Below are positions 30,451-42,000 of a stretch of DNA of 58,197 nucleotides, piece after piece. The notes under the pieces are model-generated. The model saw only the letters and a program-made list of their open reading frames with translations. It was not told where the DNA came from and made no database searches. How positions within the stretch are numbered: the stretch's first letter is position 1; every line of letters starts with the position of its first letter. The position numbers and the translations under genes were made by a program. Source of the DNA: a bacterium (GTDB lineage Bacteria; B130-G9); assembly GCA_021160245.1 (NCBI GenBank), contig JAGHCW010000154.1, forward strand, positions 1-58,197, given 5' to 3'.

Positions 30451-33400
30451 CTATTCAAATATCCAACTAGCGCTCGCGAGATTGCTTGCGATCTCCATGT
30501 CACAAGAATTGCCGTTGAATGCCGCTACATAGAATGTGTACTCACCCTTGGGCATGAAATCGCCGAACCTGAATCGCACTATCTCCATCGGCCCTATTGA
30601 GGCGCCCGGATCGAGCCTGACGAATACTGGCTGCGGGTCCATCGACCAGCCAGGATAGTACAAACATGTGCCATCCGGTAGAATGACCGCGCCAAGAAGA
30701 TCAACTGGCCATTCCGCTGATTCGTTTTCGATTCCGAACGTCAGAACAAGCTCCTCACCGGCCTTCACGATGGACTTGTCCGTGGCCAGACTGACCTCTA
30801 GCCCTACTCCCCCTGGCCCGCCTTCGGTGCCCTCTCCCAGTAGGGCAACCGTAACAACCGGCTCGGCCGGGTCGTTGCTGTAGATATTCAGTGTGTGCAT
30901 GAACTGGCCAACGGATGGCGGATGGAAACTCAGGTAAACCAACTGCGAGCCGCCGGGCTCAACCGTGAAGGACCAATCGCCGGGCGGGGAATGTTGGGTC
31001 TCATAGAACGTCCCTTCAGGAGTGCCGCTGATCTCAAGCCTGCTGACAAAAAGGTCGCCCGAGCCTACGTTGTTTACGTAAAGCTCGCGGCCCTCGTAGC
31101 CGTTGACTACCATCTGGCCAAAGTCGATAGAATTAACACTGAGGTCGATATCCGGGCCCCCCGTGGGACCCCCACCTGTAACGCCAGTTCCGCTGACCTG
31201 AATGGGCGTGGGGCTGTTAGGATCGTTTGACCGTATCTGGAACATCGTGGAATACGAGCGAGCCTGGTCAGGCGTGAACTCAATCGTCATCGTTATGTAA
31301 GAATCCATCTGAACGAATCTCGGATACCAGGAATAAGGCCGTCCATCCTCGAAAGCCGTCCCAAAACCAGCCTGCGACAGGCCATAGACATAGAGGACAG
31401 CGCCCATGCCTTGAGGGTCCCTGTCGTTATACACCCTGAAGGTCATCTGGTCGGTCTGTCCAATAGCGACAGCGCCAAAATCTAAGTTCATCGGCTCAAC
31501 TCTGATATGAGGCGCTGAGACTGACATCTCCGACGACCCAATCAGATCAATAACCAGAGTCCCCTCATCTGGGTCGTTACTCGTAACGGTTGCGGGGGCG
31601 GCGAAGCTCCCGATGAAAGGCGGCGCAAACGTGACGTCAAAAGTGCTGCTCATTTGCGGACCTATTGTCATGGGGAACATCGCATCGATTGAGAAACCCG
31701 GGACCATTGCATCAACTGCAACGCTGGAGACCTCAAGATCGAGGAGGCCATCGTTGAATACCTCTACCGTAACCGTTCCGCTGTTTCCGGGCATGACCAT
31801 GCCAAAGTCGATCACGCTGTGGCTGAGTCTGATATCCGGCTCATTCGCTGCGTACGTTGTGACGCAATCCGGCTCAAGCGGCGGTCGCTCCACGTTGCCA
31901 GCGTTGTCCGTAGATATGGTATAGAACCTGTAAAGGCCATAGCCATCTCTTGGACGGAACGATATCTGGCCGTACTGACCTGTTCTTGTGATATGCGTCG
32001 TCAAGAAGGGCCCTTCGTTATAGCTATACCACAACGTCGTTCTGTCAATGCCACTCGTATGTTCGACAACACTGAAGTCAATTGTTATCCTCGGGTCCAA
32101 GACTAAGTCCGGTCCAGTGCAGAATGATGAAGGAGGCGACACATCATAGATTATGCTGCAGTCCGGCTCTGTCCTCTCCGACTCAACGTTGCCGGCCCAG
32201 TCGTCTGCTGCGGATATGAAATCGTAGAAACCCTCTCCCTCACGTGCCCAGAAGCTGAATGTTCCCGCGGCTATCTCCATCGAAATACCGGGGTCTTCCC
32301 ATTCGTCCGGTGGCTCAAGATCAGCATAGCGCCGGAAGCGATAGAGCAGTTTAACGCCTCGCACGCCGCAGCCATCCTCGTCAAATCCGACGTCTGGGTC
32401 CTGGGCGCTGAATTGAATCGAGAGAGGCGATCTATTTGCAAATATATCGCTTGAGCAGGTTGAGATGGGGGCTGTCGCGTCATAGAGGAGGAAGCATTCC
32501 TCATCCGTCTTTACTGGCTCGATATTGCCCGCTGTATCCTGGCAGAGCGTATAGAAGCCATAGACTCCCTCGCCGTTGGTTAGTTCGAAATCAAAGGCGC
32601 CGGTGTTTCCAGTCTGCGAGAGGCCCGAGTCCATCGGAGCGCTCGAATTGAATGTGTACCAGAGATAGACAAGCACCGGGTCCGCTCGCTCATCCGCGGC
32701 CACGAACGTGACAGCAACCGCCGTTTCATTCGTAAGGGTTGGGCAGAGGCACTCGGAGACGGGGGCCTGACGGTCCACGATACTCACTGTGTCTGACATG
32801 TCAGGTATCCGCTCACGATGGCCCGCCACATCAATAGCTTGTGTGTAGAACGAGTATTCGCCATCGCCGGCGGTGGGGACGTCAAACGTGAAGGTTCCCT
32901 CGGTCGCCGAGATCACCATGCCGGAGTCCTCAAACTCGTCTCCATTGTAGCACCAATAGAGTCGGACTCGTTCGACACCTGTTACCCCGTCAAACGACTG
33001 ATAGCTCACCTCGATCGAGTCTCCGGTAACATAGTCAGGAGATTCACACCAAGAGCTCGGCGGCTTCGTGTCCAGCAGAGTAATGGAATCTGCCGTTTCA
33101 GGCGCATCTTCTATATTCCCGATGTGGTCCTCTGTGATCGTGTAGAACTCATATCTGCCCTCGACGACTCTCCCTCTCTTATCCACATCAGGATAGCTTA
33201 GGGGAACCCTTAGCCAGACGTCAAAGAGCCCGTGTGCTCCGGAACGGGTAAGGCCGGTGTCCGTCCACTCGCCATCCTCGTATCTGTAGAACAGCTTCAC
33301 AGACTTCAGTCCGTTGTTCAATTCAGTCGCCTGATAGCTGACCTGAATCTGATGTGTAGTCGTTATCTCCGGCGACATACAGAGAGAGGATGGAGCCAAA

Positions 33401-36400
33401 ACGTCAAAATAGACCGAGAGCGAATCCGGAAGAAGCGACGCATTCTCCACGTTGCCCGCGGCGTCAATCGCTACTGTATAGAACTCATAGGTTCCATCGC
33501 CTCGCTTGGGCACAAACCGGAAGACGCCGGAAGGCCCTGAGCATCTCGTCGGCAGAAGTTGCCAATCCTCAAATGAGAGCCGATGCCACAGCTGGACCTC
33601 GACAATTGCGCTGACATTATCTGCGGCCGAGTAGTCAAGATATATCTCGCTATCAGTCAGTCTGTTTAGAGTACACGCTGACTGCGGAGCGGTTTCATCA
33701 TAGATAATCGAGGTCTTGGCCGATGAAGGTCCGAGCTCCGGATTACCCGCCATATCCACGGCGACCGTTGTGAACTCTAAGTTCCCCTCGCCAACTCCCG
33801 ACGCGTCGAAAGCAAACGTATCCTCGTCGCCTGGCATTGAGAGTCCACTGTTCTCCCAATCGCCGCCAGCCAACCTGTAATAAAGCGTTGTCGAAGCAAC
33901 ACCTGTGAACTCGTCGTGAGACCTGAATCTCACCGGAATGGCCGCCTCAGTTATATAGCCGCCATCGTCCGCCCAACAACTGGAGACCGGGCGGCACGTA
34001 TCATAGGACGTCGTGCTGTCCGGCGCATCACTGCCAGTAGGCGCTGCTTCCTGATTGCCGATGTTGTCTCGAGTGACCGTGCGGAAATCATAGACGCCAT
34101 CGCCTCGGTTGACATTGAACTGAATCGTCCCGGATGTGCTCTGTCGAGCCTGACCGCTACATGTCCACGCGCCACCGTTAAATCTAAACCATAGCACCGT
34201 GTGGAAGATACCGTTAACACCCTCGCTAACGAAACTGACCGGAATAGGCATCGCGTCGTCATATTCTGGCGAGATGCAAGACGACTCCGGGACAGCGCCA
34301 TTAAATAAGCACTCGCAGTCGGCGGTAGCCGGCGCTTCCTCAACGTTCCCTACGTAGTCCTCCGCAATTGTGTAGAATTGATATATGCCCTCACCGTCTG
34401 TGGGCACGAAATCAAACACACCTGTCTCCTCGTAGGCTGCCAGCTGAGAGTCTGTGAAATCGAGGGGCCATGACGCGCCTGAACTGAAGCGATACCAGAG
34501 GGCGATTGATTTGACGCCGCTCTTGTTGTCACGCGAGGTGAAAGTCACGGGGATCAGAGGCTCTGTGACCTTGACCGGGCAGTCGCACGTTGACTCTGGA
34601 GCTCTGGGGTCTGGGACCCATTCATCAAAGACGAAGAGCTCGTGCCCAACCGTTATGTAAACAAAGCCGTAGGAATCCAAAGAGGGACTCGAATCGACCG
34701 GAATCCCAAAGTCATACGACCAAAGCAGCGTGCCGTTAGGGTTGAGACAGTAGAAATAGCCATCATCGCTCCCGAAATAGACCCGCCCAGCCTGGTCAAC
34801 GACCGGCGAGGAGACTATCGGTCCGTCGGTATCGAATTGCCAGTTGGCCGTTTGGGTAACCGGATCAACCGAATATAGGGTTCCGTCCATCGATGGCACA
34901 TATACCGTACCGGCAGTCGGGTGAACCGCTGGGGACCCCACAATCGGTCCGCCCGTGGCGAACGTCCAAATAGCTGGGCCGGACGTTGAACGTCCGTGAA
35001 GGACACCCTCCTCTGTGCCGCAGTAGAGCTGATTCTCGTCATGGCTCAAAGTTACCGAAACGGTCGTAATAGCGCCGGGCACTGAGTATGCCCATCTCTG
35101 GCTGAAATCTGGGCGGAAGCAATGCGCAGTATATGTCGCAGCGCCGCCGTACGTGAAATAGATGTTACCATCGGAATCTATGGCCGGCGAGCCCACGACT
35201 GGATAGCCGTAAGCGCCCTGCATGGAAAAGCCCATACCACCTGTGTCTGCGGCAACTGGATAAACAGCGCCATCTTCACACGGGACATAAATCCATCCGT
35301 CATCGCCAACAGTTGGCAAAGCAGTGATCTCCATCGAGTTACCAGTCAGAGGAAGCGGATTTACTACCCAATCTGGATTCGGCAGACCGTCCGGGGTAAT
35401 TGACATCAACGAGCCATCTTCAAGACTCATGATGACGTTGCCTAGATGATCAATGACAGGGCCGAGGCTCGTCGGTATCCCGGATGGGTATGCCCAGTCG
35501 AGCCGTCCGTTAGGCAGAACTGCATAGAGCGTCCCATCTGTGGCCGTAACAAAGAGCCTGGCCGTCTGGTCGATGGCAACCGTGTCGTTGAGATCATACT
35601 CACCGAAAGACCTTGCCCACTCAACCTTATCGGTCAGCGGCCCATCAGCGTCCATGTAGCCCCTGTGGCCTCTGTCGCATCCTTGCATCGGCCAGAGCTC
35701 GCTACAAACCGCAACCCAATAATATGAACCGATGTCGCCGGGATTATGGAGCGCAATTTGAACGTAATATGTGCCACTCTCGTTGCACATGAAGCTAACG
35801 CTCGCGTTGTCACCTACGCCGCCCTGCGTGTCGCTGTCCACCAGCGTGAGGTCCCCGCAACTACCGGAATAAACGAAGACGTCAGTATCGGTAATTACAT
35901 CGTCAATACCGTATGTGAATACGCGGTACCTAATGCCCTCAAGGGCCTCAAATTGAAGCCAATCCTCATCCCCATGAGGCGCGAGCGTGTGATACTGGCC
36001 GACACAATCCGCTTCAATTGGGATTGCGTCACTGCAGACGTCATCGTCCTCATAATCATCTACCTCATACGCGACTACGCTTATGTCGTAGTTATGCGCA
36101 ATAGCGACCGGATAGATACCGTCCCAGCCACCATGTGTGACCATAAGGAAATAGTCATCGTCGGCAGGGCACTCCCACCAAAGCTCCGCGCCCCCACCAT
36201 TACCCTGCGCGCCATCCAAGTATGATGCTCCAGGGCAGGTCCCCGAGTAAACGCCGATATCGGTATCCGCATCCAGCGAGAGGTGATGTGTCCTGAAATA
36301 ATAGTACCAAGAGCCATGCAATGTGGGCATACTGAACCAATCCTGATCAGGTCCCAGGCGATCATAAATGAGGCTATGGTCCTCGTATTGTGGGAAGCCT

Positions 36401-38928
36401 GTGCCCGGATCCAAAATTGGAATTATCCGCGCCTCGCCACAGTTGTTATCGTCCTCGAATTGGTCATAGACGTAAACACCGTCAAAATAGCCATTGTCGC
36501 CGGGGGTCGCGATAGATGGATATTGAGCGATCGTCCGACCCTCGTCATCAACGCCGTAGTAATAGCCGAAATAACGCCCACGTGGCAAAGCGATGTTGCC
36601 TGTTCTCCAGGTGTCGCCCCCAGCTGAGTTCAGCCAGAAATCGTTGTCGAAGGGATTACTCAGGTCATCTGTCAGATAAGCATACCTGAGAATTGGGTCC
36701 GCGAGCTCCTCATCGACGAAATCGACTTGTAGCGTAAAAGAGTTGCCCTCTTGAACCTGAACGTATTCTGTCCCGTTCATAAGTTCCGGGAGCCCCTGAA
36801 CCCTTAATGAGGCGCCAATGTCATGGCCAAACCAGCTGATCTCGAATTCGTCTGGCAAAGCTCCCCCACCAACGAGTCGTTCGGGGAAGGAATAAGAAGC
36901 CCAGACGTTGCCATCAAGGATGGATGACGATGGATCAGTCGCACTGGGGGTGAATGAATCCCAGTAAGTATAGCTATTCCCCGCGTCATCGTTATATATG
37001 AAGACGCGAGAGACGCCATCGTCTGTGCCGAACATCACATTCTCAGTAAATGGATAAAAGGCGTAACCTGGCGCCCGCGCGCCCAGGTAGTTTACGCTCA
37101 AGCAGCGAACATCGTCCGAGCGCAGTCCGGACGTACCGCTCTGATAATTCGTCCAGGTTAGGGTGTTGCTGTTGAAGCGGGAAACCCCGTTATCCGTCGC
37201 CACCCAAATAATATCGTCCCCAATCGATCCCACGTCAGTTACGTTATTTGAGACGAGGCCATCGGCCATCGTGTATTGCACGGCGCCACTTGTCCCTCTA
37301 TACAAACCCTCCCCGGTGCTGCCCAGCCAGATATCGCCCTGGCCGTCAATCGTTATCGAGGTCAACTCACTGCCCAGTAGAAACGGCCCGAATGGAGGAG
37401 CTCCATCGAAACTGAAGCCGCCGTTGTTGGTCACCACCCATATAATGCCGGTTGCTTCATCAATATAAATATCATTGATATGGTCGTCTGGTATGTCAGG
37501 AGTAGTGTAAACAGTCATTGCGCCAGTGCCGACATCAAGACCGACCAAACCAGCCTCGGTTCCGATCCAGGTAGTGGCTCCATAGGGTCTAACGACGGAA
37601 GTAGTCGGGCTGGGGAGGCCATCCGCCTCGAAATAGTTCGACCAATTCACCCCATCGAACCAGCTAACGCCGCCGAGGGCTCCGAACCACGCTTCTTCGT
37701 AACTCCCGTTGGGGTCGCCATAAACCGAGGTTATGTCATTCGAGATGAGCTGGTCATCATACTCGAAGTCCCCAACAAGATAACCAGATGTGCCGAAATA
37801 GCGGGTCCAAATCCTATTGACAGTACCAAAGTAAACCTTGGTGTCGAACGGAATCATGGTCGCCCCTGTAGCCTCAATATCGTTCACAACTTGTGTGATT
37901 TCGCCAATCACCGAAATGGTGCTTCCTGAAGAACCTGTCAACGTCCAATAGGCCGCGCCAGCGTCGGTCCCAATCCAGAGGTTGCTCTCATCGTCAAACT
38001 CAAGAGATAGCACGCGGTCGGAAGGAAGACCGGCCCTGCCATCGATTGAGTTAAACCTAAGGCCGAGCGCGCTCATATCGCCCGCCGGGAAATGGGCAAT
38101 TGTGCCCGCACTCCCACCTGGCCCGTCGTCAGCCCACAAGCCCACTAGTCCATAGTCTTCCATTCCACAGAAGACTATTTCCCGCAGACCCGGCTCAGTT
38201 GCGCGAGCAACTGCATTGACGTTGTTACTGGGCAATTCACTGTTATTTGTATCCCAGTACTCAAATTGAATATCCATTGCCATCGGGATAGTTCGAATAA
38301 CTCCCTCTCCGACACTGCCCATCCATATTCTTCTATCCATCTCGCCACTGCCTTCGATGAAAATCGAGACTATATTCGGGTTGTCCGATGGAAGGCCATC
38401 AGTGCTGTCCCACGTATCCATAGTATAGTCATCGAACATGCCATAATAGATATAGGCAGGCCCCTGATCCGTGCCTATGAATATGACGTCTTCACCAAAC
38501 GAACCATTCAAAGCCTGAACATTGTCGGAGGGTAGGTCTGAATCGGCCGCTGTGAAGGAATAGCGGATTATACCTGTGTCAGGCTCAAATCCATGAAGAC
38601 CATATCCGTCCGTGCCAAGCCACTTTATATCGTAAAACTCCATATTCAGACGATCATAATGTCTAGACTTCGCAAGCGCCTGAATGTTATTCGTCGGAAG
38701 CCCATCTTCGGTCGTCCACTTCTCAAATGAAGCGGTAGTATCCGTGATATTGTAAACTCGCAACAACCCGCTGTTGGAAGCCCCCGCCCACAGCTCCTCG
38801 TCATCTAGAAGGAGCGTCGTAATGTCATCACCATTTACGAAATGCTCCCAGAACAATCCGATAGCCGTCGCGGCGAAGAGACTGGCAATCACCGAGACCA
38901 ATACTATCAACCGCCACCTTGATACCAT
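30451..38928 (-). CDS. Giant secreted surface protein, 2825 aa: regulator-type propellers, Ig-like, 2 PPC-like, PQQ/BamB-like propeller, 9 Ig-like repeats, 3 ASH/choice-of-anchor-D-like, conserved C-terminal domain
   Basis: Signal peptide; GLPS..V....D....WIGT..G repeats; D.(F/Y)EDD..C..A...D.DW twice; WPMQ then SP.(I/V)D..G..YFGS.DG..Y repeats; nine D..aP.S.C...G.Y.FYT.A.D.aGN.E repeats; three P.I......DFG.......V.N.G...L....SNDP units; AGGAGG RBS. Confidence 0.9.
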   Translation of the reverse strand: MVSRWRLIVLVSVIASLFAATAIGLFWEHFVNGDDITTLLLDDEELWAGASNSGLLRVYNITDTTASFEKWTTEDGLPTNNIQALAKSRHYDRLNMEFYDIKWLGTDGYGLHGFEPDTGIIRYSFTAADSDLPSDNVQALNGSFGEDVIFIGTDQGPAYIYYGMFDDYTMDTWDSTDGLPSDNPNIVSIFIEGSGEMDRRIWMGSVGEGVIRTIPMAMDIQFEYWDTNNSELPSNNVNAVARATEPGLREIVFCGMEDYGLVGLWADDGPGGSAGTIAHFPAGDMSALGLRFNSIDGRAGLPSDRVLSLEFDDESNLWIGTDAGAAYWTLTGSSGSTISVIGEITQVVNDIEATGATMIPFDTKVYFGTVNRIWTRYFGTSGYLVGDFEYDDQLISNDITSVYGDPNGSYEEAWFGALGGVSWFDGVNWSNYFEADGLPSPTTSVVRPYGATTWIGTEAGLVGLDVGTGAMTVYTTPDIPDDHINDIYIDEATGIIWVVTNNGGFSFDGAPPFGPFLLGSELTSITIDGQGDIWLGSTGEGLYRGTSGAVQYTMADGLVSNNVTDVGSIGDDIIWVATDNGVSRFNSNTLTWTNYQSGTSGLRSDDVRCLSVNYLGARAPGYAFYPFTENVMFGTDDGVSRVFIYNDDAGNSYTYWDSFTPSATDPSSSILDGNVWASYSFPERLVGGGALPDEFEISWFGHDIGASLRVQGLPELMNGTEYVQVQEGNSFTLQVDFVDEELADPILRYAYLTDDLSNPFDNDFWLNSAGGDTWRTGNIALPRGRYFGYYYGVDDEGRTIAQYPSIATPGDNGYFDGVYVYDQFEDDNNCGEARIIPILDPGTGFPQYEDHSLIYDRLGPDQDWFSMPTLHGSWYYYFRTHHLSLDADTDIGVYSGTCPGASYLDGAQGNGGGAELWWECPADDDYFLMVTHGGWDGIYPVAIAHNYDISVVAYEVDDYEDDDVCSDAIPIEADCVGQYHTLAPHGDEDWLQFEALEGIRYRVFTYGIDDVITDTDVFVYSGSCGDLTLVDSDTQGGVGDNASVSFMCNESGTYYVQIALHNPGDIGSYYWVAVCSELWPMQGCDRGHRGYMDADGPLTDKVEWARSFGEYDLNDTVAIDQTARLFVTATDGTLYAVLPNGRLDWAYPSGIPTSLGPVIDHLGNVIMSLEDGSLMSITPDGLPNPDWVVNPLPLTGNSMEITALPTVGDDGWIYVPCEDGAVYPVAADTGGMGFSMQGAYGYPVVGSPAIDSDGNIYFTYGGAATYTAHCFRPDFSQRWAYSVPGAITTVSVTLSHDENQLYCGTEEGVLHGRSTSGPAIWTFATGGPIVGSPAVHPTAGTVYVPSMDGTLYSVDPVTQTANWQFDTDGPIVSSPVVDQAGRVYFGSDDGYFYCLNPNGTLLWSYDFGIPVDSSPSLDSYGFVYITVGHELFVFDEWVPDPRAPESTCDCPVKVTEPLIPVTFTSRDNKSGVKSIALWYRFSSGASWPLDFTDSQLAAYEETGVFDFVPTDGEGIYQFYTIAEDYVGNVEEAPATADCECLFNGAVPESSCISPEYDDAMPIPVSFVSEGVNGIFHTVLWFRFNGGAWTCSGQARQSTSGTIQFNVNRGDGVYDFRTVTRDNIGNQEAAPTGSDAPDSTTSYDTCRPVSSCWADDGGYITEAAIPVRFRSHDEFTGVASTTLYYRLAGGDWENSGLSMPGDEDTFAFDASGVGEGNLEFTTVAVDMAGNPELGPSSAKTSIIYDETAPQSACTLNRLTDSEIYLDYSAADNVSAIVEVQLWHRLSFEDWQLLPTRCSGPSGVFRFVPKRGDGTYEFYTVAIDAAGNVENASLLPDSLSVYFDVLAPSSLCMSPEITTTHQIQVSYQATELNNGLKSVKLFYRYEDGEWTDTGLTRSGAHGLFDVWLRVPLSYPDVDKRGRVVEGRYEFYTITEDHIGNIEDAPETADSITLLDTKPPSSWCESPDYVTGDSIEVSYQSFDGVTGVERVRLYWCYNGDEFEDSGMVISATEGTFTFDVPTAGDGEYSFYTQAIDVAGHRERIPDMSDTVSIVDRQAPVSECLCPTLTNETAVAVTFVAADERADPVLVYLWYTFNSSAPMDSGLSQTGNTGAFDFELTNGEGVYGFYTLCQDTAGNIEPVKTDEECFLLYDATAPISTCSSDIFANRSPLSIQFSAQDPDVGFDEDGCGVRGVKLLYRFRRYADLEPPDEWEDPGISMEIAAGTFSFWAREGEGFYDFISAADDWAGNVESERTEPDCSIIYDVSPPSSFCTGPDLVLDPRITIDFSVVEHTSGIDRTTLWYSYNEGPFLTTHITRTGQYGQISFRPRDGYGLYRFYTISTDNAGNVERPPLEPDCVTTYAANEPDIRLSHSVIDFGMVMPGNSGTVTVEVFNDGLLDLEVSSVAVDAMVPGFSIDAMFPMTIGPQMSSTFDVTFAPPFIGSFAAPATVTSNDPDEGTLVIDLIGSSEMSVSAPHIRVEPMNLDFGAVAIGQTDQMTFRVYNDRDPQGMGAVLYVYGLSQAGFGTAFEDGRPYSWYPRFVQMDSYITMTIEFTPDQARSYSTMFQIRSNDPNSPTPIQVSGTGVTGGGPTGGPDIDLSVNSIDFGQMVVNGYEGRELYVNNVGSGDLFVSRLEISGTPEGTFYETQHSPPGDWSFTVEPGGSQLVYLSFHPPSVGQFMHTLNIYSNDPAEPVVTVALLGEGTEGGPGGVGLEVSLATDKSIVKAGEELVLTFGIENESAEWPVDLLGAVILPDGTCLYYPGWSMDPQPVFVRLDPGASIGPMEIVRFRFGDFMPKGEYTFYVAAFNGNSCDMEIASNLASASWIFE

Positions 38929-39048
38929 ATCGAGAACCTCCTAATTCAGCAGTTAGAAGACATCTTAATTACTATGACGATAGTACTCTAACCAGAGTGT
39001 TGTTAATGCTATATAGAATTATATCCTTGAGCTTGGCTCCTCGCCAAT

Positions 39049-42000
39049 CTAGTAACTGCTCCCAACATCGAAATTGCAGGTCGATATCGGACCCATGAAA
39101 TCAAGGCTGCCGGGCGCCGCAAGAGCCGCATAGAAAGTGTAGGAGCCCGGTGCAATGCCCATACCCGGCGATATCCGCATGAGCTCGAAATCAACAAGCC
39201 TAAAACCTTCATCAAGAGTTAGAACGAATCCTGAAAGCTCTTGCGACCAATCCGGCCAAAAATAGAGACTACCAAATGGGTCTTGCACCGCGATATAGGC
39301 CTCTACATCTATGCTAGGGCCTTTATTCTCAACAGAAACATCAATCACGATCTCATCGTCGTCGTGCAACCTCGACGCGGCCTGCGCCTCGATGGAGATC
39401 GTTGGTGGCTCCACGAGAACGCCATAGCCAACGACTGGCACTTCCACCTTCGATGGCTGTCCACCTTTCACGTTAACCCACCATATCTCTAAAACTGCGC
39501 TAATCCTCCCCAACTCAGTAGGTTGGAAAATGATCTGAGCCGTGCTGTAATCCTCGCCCCCAATGGTAACGGGGAATGAACTTATGCATTCAAAGCTCTG
39601 AATGAGCGTGCTCTGTGATGCCACTACTACGTCCGTAACACGAAGGTCAGCACCACCCACATTCAATAGCTGCAGAGTGCTTGCGCTCACTTGGTTAAGA
39701 AGAACCTCACCGAAAGAGATGGATTCCGGGAAAACCCTCAATTCAGGTATGCCCGGAACATAGGAATATGTGGTGTCCGCCTCATCCGGAGCATCCTCCA
39801 CATTTCCGGCCTTATCAGTTCCGATGGAGTAGAATGAATACTCTCCTCTTCCATCTGTCGGGGAGAATCGGAATGAGTAACTCCAAGGCAGATTGGTTGT
39901 GGCGGAAGTAGCTTCCTGCCATTCACCGCCCGCATAGCTATACCAAAGCGCAACGTCACCAATGCCAGCTACCTCATCATCTACGGTGAAGTAAACAAAC
40001 ATCAGCTCACCGTCAACCTTCACCTCGCCGGTACATTCCGTCTCCGGCGGCGTCGCGTCATATATGCACGGAACCAGCGTCGAAGGCGTTGACTGAACAT
40101 TGCCTGAGTGATCCGTAGCGATACAGATGAAGCCATAGCGGCCCTCGCCTCGGTCAAGATGATAGGTGAAGGATGTCTCAGTCTCGTCCGCTGTAAGGCC
40201 TGTATCAAAGAAGTTCTCTAGTTCAAACTGACAATAAAGGTGGAGATTCGCTACGCCTGAACCCTCGTCTGTGCCCCAGCAGGAAAGCGTCGCGATCGTC
40301 GGCTCCGTCACAAAATATGGAGCAGAGACACCGGAACCCGGAGGGATAGTATCATATATGGTCGAGCATTCTGCCTCGTTCTTCATAATTTCACTACGGC
40401 CAGCCATGTCAATACTGTGAGTAAAGAACTCAAACACCCCGTCGCCCTCTGGCTTGAATGTAAGGACGCCCTGAGTCCCAGACCCAAAAACACCACTATC
40501 GGCCCACTTCTTAGCGCCTTCATCGTCCTTGGCGCCATCCTTGTTATACCAAAGGTAGGTGTTCATGAATCCCGTGTCATCGTGGGCCGTGAAATGAACG
40601 GCAACCGATTCACCAGATGTATACTCATCGCAGGTGCAGGTCGAGCTCGGCGCGAGAATATCCATATATGCTGTGCATTTGGCGGCAAGCGGCTCCTGAT
40701 TGCCAGAATAGTCCGAACTGACGCTTGCAAACTCGTAAACGCCCATTCCCTGGTCGCGATCGAATACGAATCGGCCACTGCCGTCGGCTGAGTGCCAGCC
40801 TATATCTCGCCAAGCGCCACCGTTAAAACGATAATAGATAACTGTGGTCTGAACGCCGCTAACATCATCGGTAGCCTCAAATGAAACGACAAAGGGCATA
40901 GAGGTCAAGAACATGACCGGCGCGCATTCGAACTCATCTTCGTCAAGGCCAGAAATCACCGTCCCATCTTTGGGAATGCAGACGAAACAAGATGATTGTG
41001 GATTGGTTACGTCATATCGCCACGTGGCCTTCGGAGGTGTCCAGAAGCCGGGCGTTGTTTCCGTATTCCCCACGATATCATGAGCTATTGTGTAGAATTC
41101 ATAGATGCCCTCTCCAAACGTCTCATCAAAGACGAACGTCCCAGTCCAGGGAATCGTCGCCGTCGAGACCCTTGTCCAGGACCCTGCAGAATAACCAATC
41201 CCTGGTGAATATCGATAGTATAGGTCCACATTCGTAACGGTTGATACGGCGTCCTGCGCTGTGAAGCTGATATTAATCGGAGTTGCTGTCGTAGCATACG
41301 GGCAAGAGCAGGAACTCGTCGGCGCCGAGGCGTCGTAGATTATCTCCATAAAGGATGTGGACTGCTCAACGTTGCCTGCAACGTCGGTGGCGATCGCCAT
41401 TACCTTATATTCGCCCTCGCCGCCAGAAAATGGCAATAAGAACTGCCCGGTCGCCTGCGCGCTCGAAAGCCCAGTAGATAGCCACGTAACTTGACCCGGA
41501 GGCATCCAGAATAACTCAACATTAGATACTCCCGATCCATTCTGGCCGTCGGTTGCCTCGTAAGATATCACAACTGTTGATTCGCTACTCATACCCGAAG
41601 CAAATATAAGCGTTGAGGGCAACTGGGTGTCCCTGAACATCGTGAAGTCCGGCACATCGTGCCCGGCCTCCATATTGCCCGCCATATCGCTCATCTGCGA
41701 ATAAAACTCGTAAGCACCGTCGCCGTCGACTGGTGTGAATGAAATAACACCAAACTCGCCCTGATCATTAAGCATCGGGCTCATCCACGCGCCGGCTTCA
41801 TATCTGACGAATAGCACAACATCATCGACGCCTGAGAAATCATCCCAAGCGGTGAACTCAATTGGGACATCCCCGCCTGTGGAATAAGCGGGTCCGTTGC
41901 ACATAGAAGTCCCTGCATTCCGGTCGAGTATAATGGTGCATTCGCCAAGATCATCCCTCTGAGCGCCAGTGGCGTTATCCCACGCCTCAGTCCGGAATAA